The position numbers were made by a program, and so were the translations under genes. A stretch of DNA of 32,000 nt. It comes from Horticoccus luteus (GTDB taxonomy: Bacteria > Verrucomicrobiota > Verrucomicrobiia > Opitutales > Opitutaceae). The DNA lies in assembly GCF_019464535.1 (NCBI RefSeq), contig NZ_CP080507.1, positions 3,210,001-3,242,000 of the forward strand, given 5' to 3'. The notes under the pieces were generated by a model. That model worked only from the letters and a program-made list of their open reading frames with translations. It was not told where the DNA came from and made no database searches. Within the stretch, counting starts at the first letter, position 1, and every line of letters begins with the position of its first letter. This document shows, in pieces, positions 22,074-30,069 of the stretch.

Positions 22074-22849
22074 GGTGTGTCGCCCGTCACGGTTCGAGGC
22101 GTGCTGGCAAACCACCGCGCGACCTGCGCGAAAATCGCCGCCAGATAAATCAGGCACATCGGCACCCACATCAGCAGGCCGCCCACTTGTTGGTCCCGCT
22201 CGGGCGTGAAACCCCAACCGTCGCGCAACGTTGCCATCACACCGAAACGGTCGGCCGCCGGCGCGGCGTAAACGGAGCACACTGTCACCGGCGAAAACGT
22301 GATGATGATTCCGAGAATGCTGCACGTCACACAGGCGCTGAACAGATAGAGCACTGCCGCCGGCGGCGCGAGCCGCTCCGCCTCACGCGGCGCCAGAATC
22401 GGCCGCCAGAACAGGCAACCCAACACCAGCAACGACACCGTCTGCAACGCGTGGACCGGCCGCGAAGCCACCGCGGCGTCGCACAACGCCGGCACGTGCC
22501 AGAACCACATCGCGCCCACTCCCGCCAGCCAGCCGGTCAACGGGTGCCGAAGTAGTCGTGGTCGCATCGCGAGGGACCACGCCCGAGGCAGGCTGAGCAG
22601 CACGCACGCCGGCACGATCAACAGCAGCAGGATATGTTGCGCCATGTGGGCGCTGAACAGGTAACCATCCGCGAGCGCGTTCAGCGGCGAAAGCAGCGTG
22701 AGCCAGGCCACCGCGAGCGCCGCCCCAAACCACGCCAGCCGCCGCGAAGCGCGACACCAGATGAGATACGCCGCGAGCGCCGCCATGCCGCACGCCAGAA
22801 TGGGCACGTTGCACGTCCACGCCGAGAGCAGGAATTCGCGAGTGTTCAT
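22070..22849 (-). CDS. ctaG: Cytochrome c oxidase assembly factor, caa3-type CtaG family (polytopic membrane protein)
   Basis: Start at ATG 22849 ('MNTREFLLSAW'), which overlaps the coxI/III stop (ATGA). 'LFSAHMAQHILLLLIVPACVLLSLP' is the conserved HM.QH motif of Caa3_CtaG. About 7 hydrophobic helices. Confidence 0.72.
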   Translation of the reverse strand: MNTREFLLSAWTCNVPILACGMAALAAYLIWCRASRRLAWFGAALAVAWLTLLSPLNALADGYLFSAHMAQHILLLLIVPACVLLSLPRAWSLAMRPRLLRHPLTGWLAGVGAMWFWHVPALCDAAVASRPVHALQTVSLLVLGCLFWRPILAPREAERLAPPAAVLYLFSACVTCSILGIIITFSPVTVCSVYAAPAADRFGVMATLRDGWGFTPERDQQVGGLLMWVPMCLIYLAAIFAQVARWFASTPRTVTGDTP

Positions 22850-25077
22850 CGGAAGCGGGGCAGCAAATAGACGACCGTGAAAACGACGACCCAGACGGCG
22901 TCGACGAAATGCCAATAGAGCCCAACGGCTTTCAGCGCCGGCGAATGGCGGCGGCGGAAATCACCGGCCATGGCGAGCCAGAGGACGACTAACAGCGCGA
23001 TCAGGCCCACGCACACATGCAATCCGTGAAACCCGGTGAGCGTGAAGAAAGTGGTGGCGAACAGGTTCGAATCCACCCGCGCGCCGTGGTGGAAAAGATC
23101 CCAGTATTCCCACGCCTGCCCCACGATGAAAACACCGCCCAGCACCAGCGTCGTCCCGAGCCAGACCGCCAGCTTGCGAGGTTGCCCGCGCTGTTCGCTG
23201 ACCTCGGCGCGCCAGAGCGTCAGGCTGCTCGCCAGCAGACAGAGTGTAAAGAACCCGGTCTTCAGCAGCTTCAAATCCGCCGGGCCCGGCCCCGGCTGGG
23301 GAATCGCGTTGTAGAAGAGAAACGCCAGAATCAACACGCCGAAGAACCCCGTCTCGGAAATGATGAAGGCAATAATGCTCGTGCGGTTTTTTTCCGGCGC
23401 CATTGCGTCCGTCTTTCCTCTCGTGCCCACGGGCGGGTCGGGCCGATCCGGATTCGCCACATCCCACAACGGCCGCCGGCTGCGGATCGGCGGCAGCGCG
23501 TGGAAATTTTCATGCGGCGGCGGCGAGGTGGTCGCCCATTCCAGCGTCCACGCCTGCCAGGGATTGTCTCCCGCCAGCTTCCCGCGCAGCAGGCTCACGC
23601 CGAGATTCCACACCAACAATATTGCCGCCGCCGCCATCAAAAATGCACCGAAGGTGGACAGCAGATTCATCCCCTCCCATCCCGGCAGATCAGGATAGGT
23701 GAAGACGCGGCGCGGCATGCCGGCCAGGCCCAGCAAATGCTGCGGAATGAACGTCAGATTGAAACCCGCCACCATGAGCCAAAACGTCCACTTTCCGATC
23801 CGTTCCGAGAGCATCCGGCCGCTCATTTTCGGCACCCAATAATGCAGCGCGCCGAGGATCGCGAAGACGATCAGGCCGACGAAAACAAAATGAAAATGCG
23901 CCACGAGGTAGTAACTGTTTTTCGTCTGCCAATCGAGCGCCGCGACCGCGAGACTCACCCCCGTCAAACCCGCGAGAAGAAATTGCGCCAGCGCCGCCAC
24001 GCAGAACAGCATGGGTGTATCCAGGCGGATACGCCCGCCGAGCATGGTCGCCGCCCACGCGAGGACTTTGATCCCCGTCGGAATCGCGATCAACATGCTC
24101 GACGCAACGAAGAACAAATCCACCGCGTGCCCCAGGCCCACCGTGAACATGTGGTGCGCCCACACCAACAAACTCAGAAAGGCGATCGCCACTGTGGAGC
24201 CCGCCACGAACTCGTAGCCGAAGATCGGTTTGCGCGAAAACACCGGGATGATCTCCGACAAAATCCCGAACGCCGGCACCGCCACGATATAGACTTCCGG
24301 ATGGCCGAACGCCCAGAAGATGTGCTGCCACATGATCGCCGATCCGCCGCCCGACGGCAGAAAAAAGTGCCCGCCGAGTTGTCGGTCGATCAGCAGCATC
24401 GCCAATCCGGCGTTGAGCACCGGCAACGCGATGATGACGAGGAAGGAGTTGACCAGAATCATCCACGAAAACAGCGGCAGACGGCGCAACGTCATGTGCG
24501 GCGCCCGCCGGCTCAGCACCGTCACCAGCAGATTGATCGACGTGCCGACGGAGCCGATGCCGAGCACCAACAACGCCAGCGCCCAGTAATCCACGCCCAG
24601 TTGCGGCGAATACGGCGTCTCGCTCAACGGCGCGTAGGCGAACCAGCCGACGGCCGGCGCTCCCCCCGTGAGAAAACTGAAATGCAGCAGGATGCCCCCG
24701 AACGGCACCAGCCAGAAGCTGAACGCGTTGAGGCGCGGAAACGCCATGTCGCGCGCGCCGATCTGCAACGGCACCACGTAGTTCGCGAGGCCGAAAAGCG
24801 CCGGCATCGCGACGAGAAAAATCATCGTCGTGCCGTGCATCGTGAACAGCATGTTATACGTATCCGGCGCGAGCAGGGAGCTGACCGGCGTCGCCAGTTG
24901 CAACCGGATCAACAACGCCTCGACGCCGCCCACCACGAAGAAGAACAGCGCCGTCACCAGATAAAGGATCCCGATGCGCTTGTGGTCGACGGTCGAGAGC
25001 CAGGCGATTTTCCAATGCTCGCGCTCGGCGGCGGTGAGCAGACCAGCCCGATCCAATGCGCTCGCGACTTCGTTCAT
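22846..25077 (-). CDS. ctaD: Cytochrome c oxidase subunit I fused to subunit III (heme-copper oxidase, caa3-type)
   Basis: 743 aa. 'STVDHKRIGILYLV', 'FFGHPEVYI'-like 'WAFGHPEVYIVAVPAFG', 'VWAHHMFTVG' and 'HFHFVFVG' are subunit I signatures. The C-terminal ~200 aa, 'ETGFFGVLILAFLF...WEYW...FFTLTGFHGLHVCVGLI...YWHFVDAVWVVVF', are subunit III. Confidence 0.95.
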   Translation of the reverse strand: MNEVASALDRAGLLTAAEREHWKIAWLSTVDHKRIGILYLVTALFFFVVGGVEALLIRLQLATPVSSLLAPDTYNMLFTMHGTTMIFLVAMPALFGLANYVVPLQIGARDMAFPRLNAFSFWLVPFGGILLHFSFLTGGAPAVGWFAYAPLSETPYSPQLGVDYWALALLVLGIGSVGTSINLLVTVLSRRAPHMTLRRLPLFSWMILVNSFLVIIALPVLNAGLAMLLIDRQLGGHFFLPSGGGSAIMWQHIFWAFGHPEVYIVAVPAFGILSEIIPVFSRKPIFGYEFVAGSTVAIAFLSLLVWAHHMFTVGLGHAVDLFFVASSMLIAIPTGIKVLAWAATMLGGRIRLDTPMLFCVAALAQFLLAGLTGVSLAVAALDWQTKNSYYLVAHFHFVFVGLIVFAILGALHYWVPKMSGRMLSERIGKWTFWLMVAGFNLTFIPQHLLGLAGMPRRVFTYPDLPGWEGMNLLSTFGAFLMAAAAILLVWNLGVSLLRGKLAGDNPWQAWTLEWATTSPPPHENFHALPPIRSRRPLWDVANPDRPDPPVGTRGKTDAMAPEKNRTSIIAFIISETGFFGVLILAFLFYNAIPQPGPGPADLKLLKTGFFTLCLLASSLTLWRAEVSEQRGQPRKLAVWLGTTLVLGGVFIVGQAWEYWDLFHHGARVDSNLFATTFFTLTGFHGLHVCVGLIALLVVLWLAMAGDFRRRHSPALKAVGLYWHFVDAVWVVVFTVVYLLPRFR

Positions 25078-26036
25078 TGGAGCGTCTCCAGATAAGCGAC
25101 GAGCTGCGTGACCTGCTGGTCGGTAAACTTGAAGTCAGGCATCTTCACGCCCGGCTTCACCTCCTGCGGATTCGTAAGCCAGCGCCGAAGATTGGCCGCC
25201 GTATTCGCCGCGATGCCGGCGCCCAAGTGGCGGCGGCTCGCGAAATGCGTGAGATCGGGGCCGACGCGCGCACGCGCCGCCGTGCCCGCAATCGCGTGGC
25301 AACTCAGGCAACTCGTTCGCGCAAACAACGCGAGTCCCTCCGCGGCCGCCCCGGCCGCAGGCGCAGCCGCCGGCCGGAGTTGCGCTTTTTGCCACGCCGC
25401 GAAATCCGCCGGCGATTCCACGATCACCGAAAAGTGCATCCACGCGTGTTGCGTGCCGCAAAACTCCGAGCAGATCCCGAGAAACGTGCCCGTGCGATCG
25501 GCCTCGAGCCAAAGGTGATTTGGATGACCCGGCACCGCGGTGATTTTTCGCGCCAGCTCCGGCACCCAGAATTCGTGCAACACATCGCTCGACTCTAGCT
25601 TCACGGAAAATGGCCGGCCCACCGGCAGATGGATTTCGTTGGCGGTCACCACGCCCGACTCGGGATAGCGCACTTCCCACCACCACTGATGCCCCGTAAC
25701 AATCAAGTCCGGCGCCGGCGCCGGCGGCGGATCGGCCAGGCTCATGGCGCGTGCGGTGAGCATAAACAACGCCGCCACGATCGCGCAGGGAATCGCGGTC
25801 CAAATAATCTCGATCTTGAGATTGCCCGCGAGTTGCACCGGCTCGGGTTCCCCCTCCCGCCAGCGAAATCGCATCAGCGCATACACGATGAGACCCGCCA
25901 CGATCACAAAAATGGCACCGAGGATGATCGCCGTCACCACGCCGAGATTGAACATGGCGTGCGCCTGCGGCGATTCGGGCGCCAGCACCCGCAGCGCGGC
26001 ACCGATCGGCAGGACTGATTCGGGATCAGACGGCAT
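25074..26036 (-). CDS. ctaC: Cytochrome c oxidase subunit II with C-terminal cytochrome c domain (caa3-type)
   Basis: 320 aa. Two N-terminal TM helices. CuA site 'HEFWVPEL...CSEFCGTQHAWM'. C-terminal 'CLSCHAI...VKMPDF' (CxxCH and Met). The stop overlaps the coxI start (ATGA, 25074-25077). Confidence 0.93.
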   Translation of the reverse strand: MPSDPESVLPIGAALRVLAPESPQAHAMFNLGVVTAIILGAIFVIVAGLIVYALMRFRWREGEPEPVQLAGNLKIEIIWTAIPCAIVAALFMLTARAMSLADPPPAPAPDLIVTGHQWWWEVRYPESGVVTANEIHLPVGRPFSVKLESSDVLHEFWVPELARKITAVPGHPNHLWLEADRTGTFLGICSEFCGTQHAWMHFSVIVESPADFAAWQKAQLRPAAAPAAGAAAEGLALFARTSCLSCHAIAGTAARARVGPDLTHFASRRHLGAGIAANTAANLRRWLTNPQEVKPGVKMPDFKFTDQQVTQLVAYLETLQ

Positions 26037-26448
26037 CGGAGCGAAACAGCGGGTTCATCTTGATTTCGGTGACGAGCGCAGGCGGCGGTTGATCCGAAAC
26101 GGGTCAGCGGGCGGGCCGCGCGATAAGCGCAACGCGCTTTGGACCTAAAACGAAGACCGATGCTCCCGGGAGCGCCAGAGAATTTTCCGTCTCGTTGGTG
26201 TGCGCCATCACCGCCGCGGCGCTGGGCGGACTTAGTCCGTTACGCAAGTCTCGGTTGAACCGCCTCCAAGCGCCGGCTCAGCCGCGCACGGCCGTCGCGC
26301 CGGACGCGTCGTCGGGAGGAAAGCTCCCAACGCGCGCTCATGGCCCGCCCTGATAACCTTCGCCCTCCACTCGTCTATGATAGCGCGTCCTCGTTTCCCG
26401 CCACCGCCCTTTCCTTTCCCATCTACCTTTGCCGCGCTCGTCCCCGCC

Positions 26449-27312
26449 ATGAAATCAGACACCCCCGCCGCCAAAGAACGCGAAGAAGCACAGGTCGAAA
26501 ACCGCGTCGCGCCTCCCGGCGAAATCGTTTACGAAGCGATTTATCGCGAAGGTGAACACGAACTGAGCCGCCCCGCCCGCGCCCTCGCTTGGTCCGGTCT
26601 CGCCGCGGGGCTTTCAATGGGATTCTCGTTTCTCGCCGAAGCGTTGCTCCTGCAGCATCTCCCGCCCGCCGTGTGGACCTCTGCCGTCAGCAAGATCGGT
26701 TACAGCATCGGCTTTGTGATCGTGATCCTCGGGCGACAGCAGCTGTTCTCCAAAAACACGCTCACCGTGATTCTGCCGCTGCTCAACCGCCGCAGCCACG
26801 CCGGTCTCTGGCATGTCGCCCGCCTCTGGGTCATCGTGCTCGTCGCCAATCTGGTCGGGGCACTCTTGTTCGCTTGGATGCTCGCCTACAGCGGCGCATT
26901 TCCGCCCGCGATGCACGCCGTGTTCGACAAACTCGGCGAAGAAATGCCGCGCGGGCCTTTCTGGCCCGTGATGATTCGCGCCGTGATCGCGGGCTGGCTG
27001 ATTGCGTTGATGGTCTGGCTTCTGCCCTTCGCCGAAACCGCCCGCGTCTGGATCATTGTGGTCATCGCCTACCTCGTCGGGCTCGGCCCCTTTCCGCATA
27101 TTATCGCCGAGTCGGTCTCGGCGTTCTACCTCCTGATCACGGGCCAGGTTTCCCTCGGCGTGTGCCTCGGCGGATTCATGGTGCCCACATTCTTGGGCAA
27201 CGTGGTCGGCGGCGTCGCGCTCGTGGCCGCCCTCGCCCACGCCGAACTCGCCGAAACCGCGAAACCCAAGCGCGCGCGCGCCTCCCGGTCACTCCATCCG
27301 CCGAAGCCGTAG
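26449..27312 (+). CDS. Formate/nitrite transporter (FNT) family membrane protein (YfdC-like)
   Basis: Start taken at ATG 26449 ('MKSDTPAAKEREE'). The tracked ORF begins 72 nt earlier at a non-ATG codon. Six hydrophobic helices. 'ILGRQQLFSKNTLTV' and 'FLGNVVGGVALVAAL' resemble FNT signature segments. Confidence 0.72.
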   Translation: MKSDTPAAKEREEAQVENRVAPPGEIVYEAIYREGEHELSRPARALAWSGLAAGLSMGFSFLAEALLLQHLPPAVWTSAVSKIGYSIGFVIVILGRQQLFSKNTLTVILPLLNRRSHAGLWHVARLWVIVLVANLVGALLFAWMLAYSGAFPPAMHAVFDKLGEEMPRGPFWPVMIRAVIAGWLIALMVWLLPFAETARVWIIVVIAYLVGLGPFPHIIAESVSAFYLLITGQVSLGVCLGGFMVPTFLGNVVGGVALVAALAHAELAETAKPKRARASRSLHPPKP

Positions 27313-27394
27313 CAATCCTCCCGGCACCGCCTCTCGGGCAACCACGCGACTGCACCCATCCGGGCTCGAATGCAGCAGCCGTGGCGGCAGCATC

Positions 27395-27421
27395 AATCCC
27401 CGGGGATTCTTATTCGCGTTT
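27395..27421 (+). terminator. Perfect 14-bp palindrome followed by a T-run between the FNT and WD40 genes (weak terminator or operator candidate)
   Basis: AATCCCCGGGGATT (27395-27408), then cttattcgcgttttt. It lies 83 nt after the FNT stop and ~94 nt before the WD40 start. On its own it is not statistically remarkable. Confidence 0.3.
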
Positions 27422-27501
27422 TTAGTGTCCATTCGTGATTCACTGCTTTCTTCCACGCATCTCGCGGCCCTCCGCACTTTTGCCTTCTCCGCGTCCGCTG
27501 C

Positions 27502-28599
27502 GTGCTCTGTGCTTATGTCATGCAACTGACCAAACACTGGGCCGCGACGCTCGACGATTACGCCATCGACCTCGCTTGGTCGCCCGACGGCACGCAACTC
27601 GCCGCTGTGTCCGCCTCAGGTCCGGTGTCTCTTTTCGCCGCCGACGACGGCGCCCTGCGCCATCTCCTGCCGGGGCATGACGACGGCACCAACTGCCTCG
27701 CGTGGCTGCCCGCGCCCCGCACTCCCGCCGGCGCTCCGGCGAACACCGCGCCTGCTGCCGCGTCCGCGTTGCTCGCCACCGGCGGTCAGGATGGCGCCGT
27801 GAAATTCTGGGATGCCGTCGCCGGCCAGCACACCGCCACCGCCGCGCTCGGCTCCGCCTGGGTCGAACACCTCGCTTGGTGCGCCCCGTCCGCCCCCGCG
27901 GCATCGTCCGCCGGCGCGCCCCTCCTCTTCGCCGCCGCCGGCCGCCAACTCGCCGCGTTGCGCGCCGACGCCTCCGTCGCCCACACGTTTCCCCTCGCGC
28001 CAAAAACCATCTCCGCCCTCGCCGCGCATCCCGCCGGCGGAGCGGTCGCTTCTGCGTATTTCGGCGGCGTCGCCCTCTGGGACACCGATGATTTTCTCGC
28101 GCAGAAAACCTTCACTTACGGCAACGGCATCGTCGCCCTCGTCTGGTCGCCCGACGGCCGCTGGCTGGTCTCCGGCAATCAAGACCCCTCTGTCCACCTC
28201 TGGATTCCCGAAGAGGACGTGGAACTCCAGATGAGCGGCTACGAAACCAAGGTCACCCAGCTCTCCTTCGACCAGGCCTCCCGCTGGCTCGCGACCAGCG
28301 GCGGCCGCGAAGCCTGCCTCTGGGATTGCAGCGGCGCCGGCCCCGAAGGCCGCGAACCCGCGATGCTTCCGCACGAAGCGCCCGTCTGCGCCGTGGCATT
28401 TCAACACAACCACAACCTCCTCGCCACCGCCGCAAAGGATGGCGTCGTGATGATCTGGAGTCCCGAGCGCAAGCAACCGCTTCGCGCCACCGTCAAAATG
28501 CCCGTCGCCGCCACGAAACTCGCGTGGTCGCCCGACGACCGCCACCTGGCCATCGGCAGCGAAAAGGGCATCGTCTACGTCCTTCGCGCCGAAGCCTGA
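27502..28599 (+). CDS. Stand-alone cytoplasmic WD40-repeat beta-propeller protein (~7 blades)
   Basis: 365 aa with no signal peptide. Start is GTG 27502 or ATG 27520 ('MQLTKHW'). Blades include 'IDLAWSPDGTQLAAVSASGPVSLFAADDG', 'LATGGQDGAVKFWDA', 'VALVWSPDGRWLVSGNQDPSVHLW', 'LSFDQASRWLATSGGREACLWD', 'VAFQHNHNLLATAAKDGVVMIWS' and 'LAWSPDDRHLAIGSEKGIVYVL'. Confidence 0.85.
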   Translation: MLCAYVMQLTKHWAATLDDYAIDLAWSPDGTQLAAVSASGPVSLFAADDGALRHLLPGHDDGTNCLAWLPAPRTPAGAPANTAPAAASALLATGGQDGAVKFWDAVAGQHTATAALGSAWVEHLAWCAPSAPAASSAGAPLLFAAAGRQLAALRADASVAHTFPLAPKTISALAAHPAGGAVASAYFGGVALWDTDDFLAQKTFTYGNGIVALVWSPDGRWLVSGNQDPSVHLWIPEEDVELQMSGYETKVTQLSFDQASRWLATSGGREACLWDCSGAGPEGREPAMLPHEAPVCAVAFQHNHNLLATAAKDGVVMIWSPERKQPLRATVKMPVAATKLAWSPDDRHLAIGSEKGIVYVLRAEA

Positions 28600-28656
28600 T
28601 CCCCATTGCCGTAGCTTGACCCCGGCGGCGTCGCTCGTGAACGTCGCCGCCTCACC

Positions 28657-29913
28657 ATGCCGAGCGCTCCAGGCCACATGGATTCTTCGTTTTCCATTTT
28701 CATCAGCTACGCCTCGGCCGATCGCGCGCAGGCCCGCTTGCTCGGTCACACCATGGCCGACGCCGGCCTGGATGTCTGGTTCGACGAAGAGGAACTCGCC
28801 GGCGGCGAAGCGTGGGATGCGAAAATCCGCCAGCAAATCCGCACCTGCACCTATTTTCTGCCGGTCATCTCCGCCACAACCGAGATGCGCAGCGAAGGCT
28901 ACTTCCGCCGCGAATGGCGCCTCGCCGTCGAACGCACCCTCGATCTCGCCGACGACGTCACCTTTCTCGTGCCCGTCGTGATCGACGACACCCCGGAGTA
29001 TCAAGCCCGCGTCCCCGAAAAATTCTCCACCGTCCAATGGCTCCGCTGCCCGGGCGGTGTCGCGACGCCGCAACTCGCCGCGCTCGCCCGTCGCCTCGCC
29101 GCCGGCCCGTCTGCCCCACCCGTGCCAGGCAGCCGCCGCAGTGCGCCGCCCAAAATCGGCTCCGCCTCCCGCGACCCCGCGTCCTCTCGCCTCCGCGAGT
29201 TGCCCGTCTTCCCCGCGTTTCCTGAAGCCGGTCACCGCCTACGCTTCGCCTACGATCTCGTCGTCTGGCTCGGCCGCTTCGCCACCGCCCTTTGCCTGCG
29301 CCTGCCCCGCTGGATCCGGATTCTGCTCGTCGTGCTGATCATTTCAAAAGCCATCAGCGCTTTCTTCCGCGCCCGTCAGGATTCCGCGCCCGCCCGCGAA
29401 CGCTCCGCCGCTCACGTCATCGACAAAGCCAACCGCACGCGGGCCGCCCTCGAGGGCGACGCTCTTTCCGACAAAATCATCGCCGCCGCCGGCACTGCGA
29501 TCGACACCCTCCAGAGCGGCCGACCGCTGGCCGTCGTGGCTTTCGCGAGCACCGACGCCGCGCTCAAATCCACCGCTCTCGGCGCGTTCAGCGCCCTGCA
29601 TGCCCAACTCGAAGCCGCCGGCCACGAAGACGAGGTTTCCGTCGGCGCGATGGCGTTGCCGCCCACCTACACCGACGCCGATGTCGTCGCGCGCTCGGCC
29701 GTTCTAAAATGCCGGTGGTTTCTTACCGGCGTCGCCCGCCCGGCAGGAGGCGACAACTTTGCCCTCGAGGTGAAGCTCTACGAAAGTGCCACGGGCAAAG
29801 TGATCTGGCAGACCACGCGCACCGCCGACCGCAGCGCAGCGGCCGCCGTCGGTCGCGCGCTCGCCGACGACGTGCTTCAGCACATCGATTTCACCGCGGC
29901 CCCGGCGCCGTAG
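28657..29913 (+). CDS. TIR-domain protein with membrane segment(s) and a C-terminal TolB-N/LpoB-like alpha/beta module
   Basis: 418 aa (alternative start ATG 28678). TIR_2-like N-terminus: 'SIFISYASADRAQARLLGHTMADAGLDVWFDEEELAGGEAWDAKIRQQIRTCTYFLPVISATTEMRSEGYFRREWRLAVERTL...TFLVPVVIDDTPE...VQWLRCPGG'. A Pro/Ser-rich linker follows, then hydrophobic segments 'LVVWLGRFATALCL' and 'WIRILLVVLIISKAISAFF'. The C-terminal 'LAVVAFASTD...CRWFLTGVARPAGGDNFALEVKLYESATGKVIWQ' fits the pattern of periplasmic TolB_N-like modules. Confidence 0.85.
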   Translation: MPSAPGHMDSSFSIFISYASADRAQARLLGHTMADAGLDVWFDEEELAGGEAWDAKIRQQIRTCTYFLPVISATTEMRSEGYFRREWRLAVERTLDLADDVTFLVPVVIDDTPEYQARVPEKFSTVQWLRCPGGVATPQLAALARRLAAGPSAPPVPGSRRSAPPKIGSASRDPASSRLRELPVFPAFPEAGHRLRFAYDLVVWLGRFATALCLRLPRWIRILLVVLIISKAISAFFRARQDSAPARERSAAHVIDKANRTRAALEGDALSDKIIAAAGTAIDTLQSGRPLAVVAFASTDAALKSTALGAFSALHAQLEAAGHEDEVSVGAMALPPTYTDADVVARSAVLKCRWFLTGVARPAGGDNFALEVKLYESATGKVIWQTTRTADRSAAAAVGRALADDVLQHIDFTAAPAP

Positions 29914-30069
29914 TTCCACGCTCCGTCGTCGCGGAGCGCCTCGCCGTTTCGCGCACTCTCACCGTCACCCGCTGCCGCCGTGGCGCAGCGCATCAGCGGG
30001 TGGACAGTTCGATCGCGACGGCCCGTCGGCGACGGTGTCGCGCACTCCGCTCGGACGCCCCGCGCCCGT

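Noticed and set aside
23017-25095. 692-aa plus-strand ORF antisense to coxI/III. Similar long shadow ORFs lie at 17478-19055 (-), 15940-17166 (-), 27616-29235 (-), 29980-31098 (+), 1017-2126 (-), 3048-4112 (-), 11145-12302 (+), 9545-10483 (+) and 10327-11319 (+).
   Set aside because: All are extremely Arg-rich or low-complexity and lie opposite ORFs with strong family signatures (haem-copper oxidase, beta-helix, kinase propeller, WD40/TIR, DUF481, HK, SDRs). There is no independent support for antisense coding.
26104-26474. Small minus-strand ORFs in the cox/FNT divergent region (34 codons at 26104-26209; 80 aa at 26232-26474)
   Set aside because: They are short and lack any recognisable motif or ribosome-binding context. 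The 80-aa ORF overlaps the FNT gene start and is Gly/Ala/Arg-rich. This is insufficient evidence to call genes.
27395-27408. Perfect 14-bp palindrome AATCCCCGGGGATT as a specific operator for the WD40/TIR pair
   Set aside because: A 7+7 palindrome is expected by chance about once or more per 32 kb of GC-rich DNA. It is kept only as a low-confidence terminator or operator feature and not as a finding.
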